Shown here piece after piece: positions 37,426 to 50,200 of a DNA stretch of 64,000 nucleotides (within the stretch, counting starts at the first letter, position 1; every line of letters starts with the position of its first letter). The DNA comes from Basidiobolus meristosporus CBS 931.73. Taxonomy: Eukaryota; Fungi; Basidiobolomycota. The notes below the pieces were generated by a model. That model made no database searches. It was given only the letters and a program-made list of their open reading frames with translations, and had not been told where the DNA came from. Location: positions 81,047-145,046 of the forward strand of contig MCFE01000169.1 of assembly GCA_002104905.1 (NCBI GenBank), written 5' to 3'. A program made the translations under genes and the position numbers.

Positions 37426-37818
37426 ATGTACAAACAACTTACCGCAGCTTGTGCTCTACTAATGGTCGTCAGTGCCTTTGGAAGTCCCGTGGATGTGTCA
37501 AGCACAAATCTCCGATAGAAACCCACAAAGCGGCCTAGTGGTGAAGAAGTTCTTGTCCAACAGGGAGGAGGATGCGCAGAATTTTCGACACTACATCGAT
37601 GGTATTCTCAGCCAGATGTCAAGGAATACGTTCGATCAAGCAAGCAAGGCGCCGATCAAGGAGTTGAGGAAGAGGAGGGCAATCCAGAAGAGGCCGAGCT
37701 ATGGGGCAGATACTGGGGACGAGGACGTTACGGTTGCTACAGTGGTTATGGAGGTCGATGGAGATATGGACGCTACGGGGGATATGGAGGGTATGGTGGA
37801 TGCGACTGGGGTTGCTGA
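37426..37818 (+). pseudogene. GRY precursor copy 5, multiple deletions
   Basis: A 17-nt deletion after the signal gives TAG. Further deletions in the pro region and core. Ends CDWGC*. Confidence 0.85.
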
Positions 37819-37964
37819 TTACGCTCCATTCGCAGTTTTTTCAATCGTAAGAACCAATGCTTTCATTCACTCCAGCAATGAATAAAGTACTGTTGTATTT
37901 TATCTATTGATAGTGAATGGTCATGTGTATAATTCGATGGGATGTACAACTCTTATTGTGAATG

Positions 37965-38162
37965 CAATGCTAGCTTCAATGGTCACTTCTTTTCCGTTGT
38001 TTGGAGGTAATCGCAGCAATCCTGTTCCTTTTCCTGTAGTTATCTTGCAGAGAAGGGTGCAGGATTGCTTTGGCAGAGGTGCTGGGTGGTCACGTGTTGG
38101 CATGAGCTGAGGTTGATACGCAGGTTAATGGTTAAAGAGCAGAGAACGGTATTAAATTGCAC
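37965..38162 (-). pseudogene. Further-deleted copy of the 118-aa secreted protein gene
   Basis: GGTCACTTCTTTTCCG...GCAATCCTGTTCCTTTTCCTG...CACGTGTTGGCATGAGC homology to the other copies. Confidence 0.7.
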
Positions 38163-38786
38163 TGTGTGTGTCTCACCGTTGAATTGAATATTAAAGAAGA
38201 TTGTATAGAGCTATAAGGGGATAAGCATGGTTGGCAAGGAGAGACAGGTAGAGTTACCATGACAATGAAGGGGAATACTTGATTATTGGAAGAACGGATG
38301 TGACACCAATTCATCACGCTTATTCAAAGTCCTATAGAATATTAACCATATGGTTGGAGAGTGACAACATTGATAACTTTATTATGGGAGGTATTATAAT
38401 AGGGGAGTAATATATATATGGTAATTATACTCATGTAGCTATCTATTCCAGAAGCAGCTAGCCCATGGATCAAATATTTCATCAATAGTGAATATTTCAA
38501 ATTCATCTGTTTCAAACTCTTTGCAAAATGAGTTTGGCATATTAGGGTTTTGTGCAAAATATCTGTAAAGATATTGCAAATTCTCAGATTTCATCTCAGC
38601 TAATCGGTTAGCTGAAAATATTGTAGGGTAGGACAAAATACCAGTGCCTAAGAAGTTTGTGATCATATATACTGGCCCAGCACGGTCCAGAGTGTGCTTA
38701 AAACAGTTATAGTTAAAATGAGGATATTGCTGACGTATTGTAAACCATAATGCGCGTAGAATGATCTTGCTGGCCCCAAGAGCAGT

Positions 38787-39431
38787 TCAAATTGTGGATG
38801 GTTGGTGGTTTGTCAGTGTCATTCTTGCAAAGGTACTATAGCAGCTGTAAAGGTTATAGTAAAATGCATTGGATGCTCCGGTGGCTGCTTCTTCCATAAT
38901 TCTGCACTGATGTACATCCTTTGATAACATGCGCAAGAATCCTAATATTGATATTGGCATTTGTTGACTACCGTAGCCATACGCACCAGATTCTTGTGTT
39001 TCTGAAGGTGAGCAGCCAGCATCCTTTGCTAGCTGCTTGACCAATCTGAACTTTGTTGTGTATTGCTGAATGTTGCAAATGAATTGGGATACCTTTGGAT
39101 TCTGAATATTGCTAATATTTCCAGTGTTAAGCTCTGTTGCAGTGGAAAAGGGCGTAATGTTGTAGCTATTTGCTGCTTGAATAGAATTCAGCAGTAAATG
39201 GCTAGTTGCATGCTCAAGAAACCTCAAATCATCCTCCATTGAAGTTCCATCGCAATAAACAGTGGTAAATATGCCACCTGATGAAGTTGATGTAATTTTG
39301 AAGCGATGAAGAATTGCCTTGACAGTTGATATTATTCTGTGGGCCTCTTGCCAGCTTCTGACCTCCAAGCAGAGCTTTACAGCACTAGCAACTGTAGGGT
39401 GCTCATTGGTCCATTCAAGGAGGGTTTGCAT
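38787..39431 (-). CDS. Hypothetical 214-aa ORF, probably the 3' part of a decayed gene (possible alpha/beta-hydrolase)
   Basis: Long open frame in AT-rich DNA. The same frame upstream reads VFIFAGLSMASCL*NSLFTMHRALIALSPGGDLNPT* through two stops, resembling a GxSxG...ALIALSP nucleophile region. Confidence 0.35.
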   Translation of the reverse strand: MQTLLEWTNEHPTVASAVKLCLEVRSWQEAHRIISTVKAILHRFKITSTSSGGIFTTVYCDGTSMEDDLRFLEHATSHLLLNSIQAANSYNITPFSTATELNTGNISNIQNPKVSQFICNIQQYTTKFRLVKQLAKDAGCSPSETQESGAYGYGSQQMPISILGFLRMLSKDVHQCRIMEEAATGASNAFYYNLYSCYSTFARMTLTNHQPSTI

Positions 39432-39799
39432 ATTCCCATAATAGCTTTGTTTTCAGGTGGGGTTTAAATCTCCACCTGGAGACAAAGCAATCAAAGCTCT
39501 GTGCATGGTAAACAAAGAGTTTTATAAACAAGAAGCCATAGACAAGCCAGCAAAAATAAATACACATAAATTTTCAAGTTTAATATATAATGAGTGGTGA
39601 ATTGGCAACTTTGCCAAACTTGAAAAGTCCAATACATCCCTAGGCAGGTGGATAACTGGTTATCATATTGACAGTGTAACCTATAGACTCAATCTATATG
39701 CGTGTTAATACACAATCATATTGCAAATAAACTTGTAGAAGTCTATTACTGTTGTGATAGAATATTGGTAAGTTGAAGCTTATAGAGAGGTGATTGCTT

Positions 39800-40054
39800 C
39801 CAAATTATACAATGGCAACTCCAGTCTGACAAGGAGGAAGATGCGTGTAATATTTGAGGCTACATTGATGGCCTTCTTGGCCAAATATAAAAGGGTACAT
39901 TCATAAATACTGTCTCTAATTAAGGAGCCTCAGAGGAGGAGGAAAGTGATCTAGAAGCCCAGTTGTGGGGGGGATACAATAGAGAGGCAGGCATTGGGGA
40001 TATGGATGCTACAGTGGATTTGGAGGTAACAGTGGGTGCAATTGGTGCTGTTAA
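39800..40054 (+). pseudogene. Highly degenerate GRY precursor
   Basis: GACAAGGAGGAAGATGCG...CTAGAAGCCCAGTTGTGGGGG...TGCAATTGGTGCTGTTAA. Confidence 0.7.
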
Positions 40055-41384
40055 TCTACCACCCCCTACACCATAATGCCTAATAAACTAATGACTACAT
40101 TTTTTGTTCTAATCCTTCAAGCATCAATATGGGAGTCTATTACAAGCACTCCATATTCTTGTCAATCACTACATATGGTCATAGATCATATATTGCTTTG
40201 AACTAAGCCTACACTTACTGCTTCTACTCTCTTTGCAATGTATACAAGCTATGGTTGAAGAATGGTTGCTTCCTCAATATTTCTGTAGGAAGAAAGTGCT
40301 TGTCTCTGCAGAGAATATTGGACATACTAGTTGAGGGAGACAATTACTGCTCCTATAGATATTGAATTATACTTGGCACTCTACAAGAAAAATGATCCAT
40401 TTGCCATGAATGTATACTGAATAAATTTCATCCAACTGATTTACACTTTGCCTACTTATAAGAATGATGTGTGGGTAATAAGCAATATTTAATGTGAGCA
40501 ACAGTGGAATCCAACAATGTTTGATTAATAATAATGAGGCCAAAGTTTACTTGTATTCCTTGTCTGAGTTGTTGGTATCCCCAATACAGTTGTAATACTG
40601 GTGTAGCAGCTGATGAGTTATAGTTGCACTTTGATCAAAGTTGTGCTGTTTATTGGGAATGTTAATTGACGGAGATTCTTAAAGCCCCTACAGTCACCAG
40701 GTGTTTGTTGATTGTATTGTACTTCAAGTGATCATTATGACACATACAATGTGGTAAGTAGTTCTATCTGAGATAACAACTAGCATTCACAATGGTGGGA
40801 GCATAGATGTTTGATAATAAATATGTTGATCATGCAATCAACATGGTAGTTGTAAGAAACCTGTATGGTGGCTAAAAAATCATAACAGCTTTATAAATAT
40901 TTTATTAGCACTTCAAGGTGACAAGATTCTTATCCAACCAAGTGAATATATATACAAATCCATTCAATATCATCTGTGCATATCTAGGGCTTAAATGCAA
41001 TCACCTGCTATTGTTGTTAGTTTCTTATTAGGTATGAGCCCATCCAGGATAAAGTATTCTTGGTAACCCATGGGTTGCAAAAGCTAATGCTGGAGAATGG
41101 CAAAGTAAGCATAAAGTTTAAAGGAAAGCCAGTTATGTGTAGAAATCTGAACAAACCCCTGGAGACTTCACCTGCTTGTGAAGCCTTGTTAGCCACTCTG
41201 TTTGGACATGAGCACTATATGGACAACTGATTTCTAGGCTCAGAAGATGCTTCTCACAAATGAATACACATCCTGTTGGAGACTGAAGTACACTGTATCT
41301 TGAGTGCTAAAGAAGCCTAATATATTATATAAATTGAATATCTAGCTTAAAAGATAATAGATGTGTATACTTTCTATTCTTCAA

Positions 41385-41570
41385 CAAACCCAGGGGTGAT
41401 GTTAGCGGTGTCTACATGAGCCAGCTGTTATTCTTCAACTCTGTGTTGCCACTTCTTGGCTAGTAAGATCCCATTCAAGTAATACGCTTATTACAAACTT
41501 AACAATGTATGAGCTTCAGCTGATATACAGTCCAGCAAGGAGAAAACAGTATTGAGTTGCACCGTAGTGT
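41385..41570 (-). pseudogene. Degenerate relic of the 118-aa secreted protein gene
   Basis: CAGGGGTGATGTTAGCGGTGTCTAC...ATGAGCCAGCTG...AAGGAGAAAACAGTATTGAGTTGCAC similarity to 32517-32780. Confidence 0.55.
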
Positions 41571-41959
41571 TTGATGGTTGGTTTGTACGTGGAAGCCAAT
41601 TCAGTAGAGCTGTGAGGAGATAAGTTACTGTGGCAATATTGGCTAATTTGTACTATTTTAGCCAATCAATACAAAAGCCAGCATGTGTCATTGATGATGG
41701 GATTGACACAGAATCAAAGCATTATAGTGGTGGCTGAGCATTGATGCTGGACTTGATTAAATGCATATATCTATATACATCAGCAATACATCAGTAACCA
41801 GCCAATAAGAGAGCATTCACAATAGTGACAATGAAGAAGGAGTAAGCAAATCTATCATGCATTCAAATGACACAGTGGACATTGTCAGCTTCTTCTGGAC
41901 TCCAATATATAGTCAAGGCAGCAGCATCTACAATGTACAAGCTCTTAAGCAGATTTGTA

Positions 41960-42205
41960 TAGCTTTATTTGAGCATTCAATACTCACAATACATAATAAT
42001 CTTACATGAGTCTGCCTTGGGAAACAATGCTCATTTATCTTTGATAGGGGCCCACAATGTGGTCAAGTGATCAACAGGAAAAAGATGCTTGGAATATTTG
42101 CCCCTACAAATGTCCAGGAATAGGTTTGATCAGACTCCCCCAGGCAAGCAAGATACTAACACAGGAGTCAAGAAAAAGGAAAGCAGTCCTGATACAGAGA
42201 GGGCA
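41960..42205 (+). pseudogene. Degenerate GRY precursor, 5' and pro region
   Basis: GCTTTATTTGAGCATTCAA...GATAGGGGCCCACAATGTGGTCAAGTG...TTTGATCAGACTC...GCAAGCAAGAT aligns to copy 3. Confidence 0.65.
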
Positions 42206-42520
42206 ACGCTGTCCAAAATATCTTGAGGAGTATTCTCCAGCACTGTGCAGCAGCTTTTTGGTTAGTAAGACTCAATTGAAACAATATGCTGAATACATAT
42301 TAATTGGGCTAGAAATCATTGGATCTTGCTATGCAAGTTGTTCCATGTTCAATATCTCAGTAGTAGGCTCATACTTCTCTATTGATAGACAAGAGAACCT
42401 TCACAATTGTGCATATTGTAAACTTGAAAGATATGGTGGACATCTTTATCAAACTCCATCATAGGTTTTGGTTGTCCTGGCATACACACCTAAGGCAGGA
42501 GGCCATGTACAGCATTCACA

Positions 42521-42942
42521 ATGAGCAAGTACCTCTTGATCATCTGCACACTCTCAATGACTTCATATGTAGTTGCAATTCCTGTAGAGCAAACCAACAC
42601 CAATGTAGCAAGCGCCACCATCTCTGTTCAAGATCCTCAAAGCAAAGAGATGATAACAAAGCTCCAGTCTACTGAGACAAAGATGCTTGTGCCACTCTTG
42701 ATGACATATTCAGCCAAATGTCAGGCAATGAGCTTGCGAATAAACAAGCAGCCTCCACTAATGAAGATGTCAACTTGGAAGAAGCCAAGCTATGGGGAAG
42801 ATATGGCGGGAGATATGGTAGCTACATGAGCAGAAGGGGCAGGTACTGGGGACAAGGACACTATGGTTGCTATGGTGGTTATTGGGGACGTTAGGGATAC
42901 AGTTGCTACGGTGGGTATGGCAGGTGCAACTGGGGTTGCTAA
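42521..42942 (+). pseudogene. Divergent full-length GRY paralog, inactivated
   Basis: Signal MSKYLLIICTLSMTSYVVA, frameshift near 42680, core EEAKLWGRYGGRYGSYMSRRGRYWGQGHYGCYGGYWGR*GYSCYGGYGRCNWGC*. Confidence 0.85.
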
Positions 42943-43259
42943 ACACTTGAAATCAGTCACATAGTACAGGGTAATTCAAATTTGTTGGTTCCAAGTAACC
43001 AAGAATGTCAGCATGCAAATACTTGGATGTATATGTTTTCCATACTTGTACTTGGTTGTATGAGGCTAAGCTACCAGTAGCACTGCACATATTCACTTGA
43101 ACAGCTTAGTGACAGTGGAAGGCAGACAAGCAACTAGTGTTTGAATTTGGTGAGTTATGGTTGTTACGGAGTGAGTTGTGGTATCTTTGCCGCAGTAAGT
43201 ATAGAAGACACTGGGTTGCTTATTTACCATGCCAAGCCTTACAACTACATTAGACAACC

Positions 43260-43460
43260 ACATAGCTGCCATAGCTCTTGATTGATGAAATCATGCAACT
43301 ATATTGTGTGCTCTACTTGAGGCTGCCAGTGCCTTTGGAAACCCTTTGCAGGTAACAAGCACAAATCTTGCAGGTTCATCCATCTCTGGTAGGGACCCAC
43401 AAAGTGGATAAGTGGTAAAGAAGTTCTTATCCAGCATGGAAGAAAAGGTTCAAAATATTC
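43260..43460 (+). pseudogene. Degenerate GRY precursor 5' fragment
   Basis: CAGTGCCTTTGGAAACCC...AGCACAAAT...TCCATCTCTGGTAGGGACCCACAAAGTGG...AAGAAGTTCTT. Confidence 0.7.
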
Positions 43461-43474
43461 ACTATGCATTTTAT

Positions 43475-43897
43475 TTTGAATGTTAGTAGACAGAGACCCT
43501 TACTGCCCCTAGAATTACAGTTTTTCTGCTCCTTGCAATGTACACCTCCCCTTGTTGAGAGGATATCATTGCAATTTTGTTCCTTCTATTGTGTCAATCT
43601 TGCATAGAAGGATACAGGATAGCATGGGCAGAGGTGTTTGGGGATTCAGGGGTAATACTGGCAGTATCCACTGGCCTAAATGTTACTTGTTGGCACAAGC
43701 CAGCTGGGAATGGAAGCTACTGGGTGGTATCTTGGGGCTTATTCTCCAGCTCTAGATTGCAAATTGTTGATCAGTAAGGTTCATTCAAATATACATTGAA
43801 CACATACTTAATAGTGGAATTGGAGGATTGGGCTTCAGTCAATGCACAGCCTAGTAATGCCATTTGCTAATGAGGAGATACCAGTATTGAAGTTCAT
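43475..43897 (-). pseudogene. Full-length intron-retaining paralog of the 118-aa secreted protein, inactivated
   Basis: ATG at 43897, GTATGT donor, TACTGAT branch, TAG acceptor. Frameshift in the signal and stops in exon 2 (TQ*LPFPAGLCQQVTFRPVDTASITPESP...LYPSMQD*). Confidence 0.8.
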
Positions 43898-44280
43898 TGT
43901 GTGTGTTTGATGGTTGTATTGTACATGGATCCCAGTTTTATAGGACTGGAAGAGGATTAGCCCGGCTGGTAAAGGGCAGCAGGCTGAGTTGCCATAACAG
44001 AAACTGGCCCCCTTCTACTGTTTCTCATGGTGCTAATTTTATTGGATTAGCCAATTGATTCCAATTACTTCATCTTATACTCAAGTCTATGAACAATTGT
44101 GGAAGGCAGCCAGATAACTTGTGTATATATGCATGTTTGGCACAGTGCCCATTTGGCTATGATGCTATTCACGTTAATTTGTTCCTAGTAAGAATGACAT
44201 TATATCCATCAGTGAGCAATACTATTTTAGCAATGCTACTGATCTGGGGTTGAAAAGGCTAAATCAATCAATACAGATGA

Positions 44281-44400
44281 GTACAGCTACATGGATCAAG
44301 GATGGCATAGGTGCAGCTATGTGGATTAAGGGTGGCATAGGTGCAGCGACATGGATTAAGGGTAGCATAGGTGCAGCTACATGAATTAAGGGTGGCATAG
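44281..44400. repeat. 30-bp minisatellite x4 (GTGCAGCTACATGGATTAAGGGTGGCATAG)
   Basis: Four exact-length tandem units. Confidence 0.95.
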
Positions 44401-45167
44401 TTGCTATGGCCATCTGATATTGGCATAAACAAAGCATTCCTATCAATGAATGCTGATGGTAATTTCTTTGAGTAAATTTGAGCTATAAATACCCAAGCCA
44501 TTACAATATAGTCTAGCAATGCAATGGCTACTAAGGAAGTAACAGTATTGCTGGTTTATTGCACATGGAAGGCTGAGTTATTATACCTTTCATATTATAT
44601 TTAGTCTGACCACTTTATCTGATTGTTCCTGAAGATGCTTGATGTAAGAGCTATTACAACAGTTGCAATGAAGGAGAAATAAATCATTGAAGCCAAACCG
44701 CATCTTTGGTGACAGCAGTTTTGTATGTATATACAGTACATGTAGAGAGTATATATAGACAGTTGGTGAGCAGGATTCATTTAGCAAGAGCAGAGATTGA
44801 ATGCTGGAGTAAGTGGTAACATGCGTATTATATTGTCTGAGGCAGCAACTCCCTACCTCTCCTGGTAGTCGCAAACTGGTCCATAGAGACATATTGTGCA
44901 TGAGAGCCATTGCTACAATGCCAATGAAAGAGCAATAAACTATCCTGGCATAGCAAGTGCCATCATCCCTGTTCAAGACCCAATAAGCTGGAAGATGGTG
45001 TACGTGCATCAGTCCACCAAAGACTTGCCATTCTCAATGGCATATTCTGCCAAATATCCATGATGTTTGTGCACATACACTCCGTGAGCGTACACTCTAG
45101 ATGCCAATCATGTGACTAGAGCCCTACAACTAATGTAATATTCCAAGTACTCTATCAAAGGCCAATT

Positions 45168-45228
45168 TGGAAGAGTCTGAGCTGTGGGGTAGATATGGTG
45201 GCTATGGAAGAGGGAGGGGCAGATACTG
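45168..45228 (+). pseudogene. GRY pro/core junction fragment
   Basis: GAAGAGTCTGAGCTGTGGGGTAGATATGGTGGCTATGGAAGAGGGAGGGGCAGATAC = EESELWGRYGGYGRGRGRY. Confidence 0.75.
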
Positions 45229-46549
45229 ACTTAATTGTGTGCACTTTAATTGTGGCCTTTAGAGACCTGGAGGCCCACATTACAAACAGCTTACAATAGT
45301 CTGAGCTCTGCTAGTGACCACTGGCACCTTTAAATGCAAGTGAAAAGCATTAATGTTGCATGGAATCTATAAAGAAGATAGGTGATGAAGGTATTAGTTA
45401 AGAGAAGAAGAGCTTGTTCAATTATTCTCACCCAGATACCAAGGAATACTATTATGGTCTACCTGATGTAAGTGAAATGCTGACCAAGGAGCTCAATAAA
45501 AGGCTTGGTTTGCGGTAGATACCACATATATAGGTGATGGAGGGGAAAATAATAAAGTTTCACAGCTTGTATTGGCTATAATAAGTGCTGAAAGCATCAA
45601 GGCTCTATCCATGTAATGATATTACTACATCTCACTTATCTGATTGCCAAAGTCTCTACCATCATTACTGTTCTTGTGTGGATCCTTCTTTAAATGACTT
45701 TGTACTTGTGCAATTGTATTAGCCAGAATCACTTACAATAACATGGCTGTTTATTCTGGTATGCAGCAGTGCATCAAAGACAAACTCTTCAGTCATTCAT
45801 TGTTGCAAGTCCATCTCTTCTGACATAGTTGAATCCTGAATATATCAACTGGGAAAGAAGATGCATACTCTCATTACCACTTCAATGGTCCTCCCATAGC
45901 AGTATATATATTCAACTCAATCTTCAATTTGAGGCTAACATGATCAATATCTTACCTCAATCTTTATTGCTATCTGTCCTGTTAACTAGTGACATTTCCT
46001 AGGACCAACTGCTTCCTGAAGTATATGAAGTGGTATTACAGACCTTGTCATCCATATGTACTCTAGATAATAAGAAGGTATAAATATTCATGGTAAATAG
46101 AGCTTTTCTGCAGGCAGACCCTTAGTGCTTGTGAGCACAAAGACATTGTGCACAACAAAGTACAAAGGTTAGTATATGCCTACTTGACTCTCCTTCAATG
46201 ATCATACTGTAACTCCCTGGCTCTGTGGCAGTACTCAGGCACTCACACTTATTGTTTAGTTTACATTTCACTGCTTATTTACAACCTACTGCTTGTTGTA
46301 AAGTTCTTGCATAATCTATCCTGTATCAATGGCATCAGCATATATAGATCTCTGCATATTCAAATGTACCTAGAAATAGTGCACAGGAGCTGCTGGTGAT
46401 TGTTTTCATCAACTACTTATGCTGTCACTTTCACATCCTTTGCATAGAGACCCTCAGTATCCTTACATGTTTATTAAGCTAGGATATTAGGAGTCTTCTT
46501 GACCCATTAGGTAACAATTACAACTCCACTTGCACTGTGTATCATTATT

Positions 46550-47200
46550 GAAATATGCTCCCTAACCATTAGGCCTACATAGCCCAGGTTACTATTTGGG
46601 CTAACTAGTTCATATGTTAAGTAAATATACTGAGGGCTGCAGACTAGTTACTGCTGGTATTACCATCAATTAATATTATATATTTGGAGCTACTGAGTAT
46701 GCAAAGGTAGTTGCCAACTGACTATACTTATACTCAGTGCCAGCAGTGTTACCTTTAAGTGCATTAGGCTCACCTTGTTAATAACTTAATCAGCTATAGC
46801 AGCTAGCAGAGCTCTGTATATACTTGGACATTCTTGTTCAGGTAATACCTATTGCAGTGTTCACAAGTAAGATTTTATGAGTTAATGTTGGAGCAACTCT
46901 ATTGTGCCTGCAGTCACTCATGCACTGTGAACATTACAGCTTTTGGTATTTGATGGCTGCGCCTATCAAAGTGTTCCCACTGCATACACACACCTTGAAA
47001 TACTCTGCATACTACCACTTCAAGCAAACTATCTAATGGTCATTAATTACAGAGAAGCTTACACCTTTAATTTAAGTGGAAAAACTAGCTGAGTATTATT
47101 AGAGTACCTTTGAGAGCTTAAGTTTGCAGTGTAATGTATGGATAGCAGCTGGTAGTCCTTTATCACCCTGTTGTAATTAATGCTGAGTATCTGTAAACAT
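46550..47200 (-). mobile_element. Decayed LINE-like reverse transcriptase relic
   Basis: DYQLLSI at 47157-47137 (DYRPLSI after two CpG transitions), then HFDRRSH (AFD..H), and WLGSIF (YLG-like), in the correct order. Confidence 0.45.
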
Positions 47201-50200
47201 GGCACAGAAGTAACTCTTCAGGCATGCAAGAATGCTTAAAGCTTATGATTAGTCTAGAAGTAGCATGGTGTGAAAACAGATCTGGAAGTTTGAGTCATAA
47301 GTGAAAGTAGCAATCTACAACACCAGATTATTGCCAATGCTATAGCAATACTATCAATACATAAAAGACAATACAGCCAATACAGTAAGCTGCAAGCTGC
47401 TGCTTAATAGTGTGCCTCTATCACAAGTGCATGCACTTAATGGGTGCTCCAGATATCATCAATTGAGGCAATTAGCTGGCACAATCTAACAATGATATGT
47501 AACCAAATGGTGTACAATTTTACTAGTAGAGGCATTTTGCTTACAGTTTCACCCCAATTTCTCATACATCTAAAAATCCTGCAGCATCAAAAGTCAAGCT
47601 TGGCAATTATCCCTCTATGGTACTACATTTGATAAGTGGCAACATGGTTGAGACTATTTAACTATATCTTATACATACACTGATTTTCTTATCTGTACAT
47701 ACTCTGAAGCTACCATCTATCTGCATACCAATGAGCATTGTTCTTGGGGTGCCTGACAGTTCTTATTGGCCTAGTATTCTACCCTTTGTATTGTCATTAA
47801 AGAACAACCAATATATCCAAAGCTATACACATGCAGCTGTCTAATAATTCCTATCGGATGAGCTCTAGTGCTGTTGATGATATGGTAATAATGGAACTCT
47901 TAGTGCAGACTGGTAACTGAGACACACCCAGACACTCCAATCATCCTCATAGTCAATTCAAATAAAGCAATAGTGGTATAAGGTATTTTATGAGCAGAAC
48001 AAGTACCACTTCTGCTAGACCTAGAATACTGGCAAGTCTGATTGTGAAGCAATGAAAAGTGTCAAGGCGTATGTAGAGCTTTCATTTATTTTACACTATT
48101 CAATTTTGTGTGGCACTTAGCTTGGACAGATATGTTGGTTTCCAACTTGTTCACCTCAAAATACATTGCTTGTAATGAGAGTGTACTTATGGCTATATAT
48201 TATAGAAGACCAAAGGAATTATTCAAGTGGTACTCTCAGAGGTAATAACATTTAGCAATCTATCTGTTGTTTTGAGAAAAACTCAAGAATTAATGTAAAA
48301 TTAGCTTTTACATTTTGATGACTTTTTGAATATGCATTGATTTCTGGTTTATAAGATATTAAGAAGCGTTATATGAAGGAATTGCTGTATTCCATCTTTG
48401 AAAGTGCTTGGAAGTAGCTAGAGTGCTATAAATATGAGAACTGAATACACAAAGCAGGCAGGAGTGGATTACCACAAAAATCCTTGAATAATTGAACTTA
48501 TTATAGCCAGTGTCTTGAAGTAAATCCTATAAGTGTACCAAGCTAGCTTTCATAATGACAACTCTCATGGCTAAGGAATGTACTTGAGCCCCTAGTTCCA
48601 ACTCTGCTTGCTGGGTAACATTTGTTGTAAATAGTAGATCTGGACTCAGGCAAGTCTTGTACTCTGTGATTTCTATCAGCTAACTGCTAAGTCAAGCTTT
48701 GCTGATCCTAATGTTAGTATTTAGCATTTTAACTAATACTTATAATCAACAAGGCTAGGAACTTATGGCACTTTCTCCTGTTGCAGTGTTGAAATGATGC
48801 TGTTAGTAGAACAGTTGTGAATATATGCTGGGTAGACTTGACCACTAGCTATTTGCAAGTTCTTGAGCTGTGTACTATTTTGCAGATAACATTTTTTGAT
48901 ATAACAATAACCAGGACAATTAAGCCAAAATATTCTCAAGTCATGTAGTCTTTGTATTGGTGTAGACTGCAGTGACACTTGCCAAAAATAAATAATGCTG
49001 AGTTGCATTGCAAACTTTCAGGAAATATTGTTATGCAAAACAAAACAAACTAAAACACACTATGAATAGTGCCTATAAGCATGCAGCATATCCTATGGGT
49101 AGTTATCACCAGTATCCATAAGAAGAAACAAGCACCTGTATCATCAGCAAGGATGATTTCATGTAACCATAGAGTCAGCTGTCAAGCAGCCTTCTAGTTA
49201 AAACAAAAACAAATACACTGATGATCCAAAAACACATTAGAAACCTTTGCATACCATCTGTCATAAATATATTTATGTAAGTCAGAAATTAGCTTGATAT
49301 CAGGGGCTCTTAACTTGCCAGTATTTTGGTATAGACAATTTTTGTTCTGTTACACCTAATTCAAAAAAATCATCATTTTAAAACTTGGAGCAATACAACA
49401 GGAATTGTACTACACTTTGTTAGCTCAAATACTACTGATCGCAATATCAAGCTTCATCAGATGGGTTTATGTATCACATATCAGAATTGTAGCCATATTT
49501 GTGAGCAGCATGTAGGAGAAACATCAAAAAGAATATTCCTGTTGTGGGGTTTATTGCCATCACAAGTGCACTGTTGTGTCCAAAACCTCATAATCATTAA
49601 AAAGTTAAGCCAAGTGATCCAGCTGCATGCAAATATCTGGCTGATCATAAAATAAGGGTCCACTTGAATTGCCTGCAACCATATGGCACCATACTTCAAA
49701 CATGTCTAGTTGGGATGGACCAGGTTGCTTTGTCCACTATAGTAAGCCTAGAGGAGCTAATAGAAATGGCAAATGATAACTCATGTTCTGTTACTGTTTG
49801 ACTGGAACCATGGTGGCTCCAAATGGAAGTGAGTTATTGCATAGCAAGGGATACACTGTGAATGTATTGAATGTAACTTACCTGCAACATTATATTCTCT
49901 GAACTATGCCAAAAACTGGAGAAGTGGCTCCAATCACAACAATCTATACTACTGTATCCAGCAATCTTATAAGATCTGGGGTAGGAGCTCTACAACAGTG
50001 TTCAGCATTGGCTTTATTGAATAAGGGCGTTCTGTGCCACTGCCTATAGAGAAGTGTGACTACTCTGTTTCTATGTGTATTATCCAGCTTTGGTCACATA
50101 GTCTGCTCTACATATTCTATAATTAGCATCATACTCTTTGTCAGGTGAAGGTACAAGTAGCTCTGAAGCAAATGCCCCTGATGTAAATAATACTTGCATT

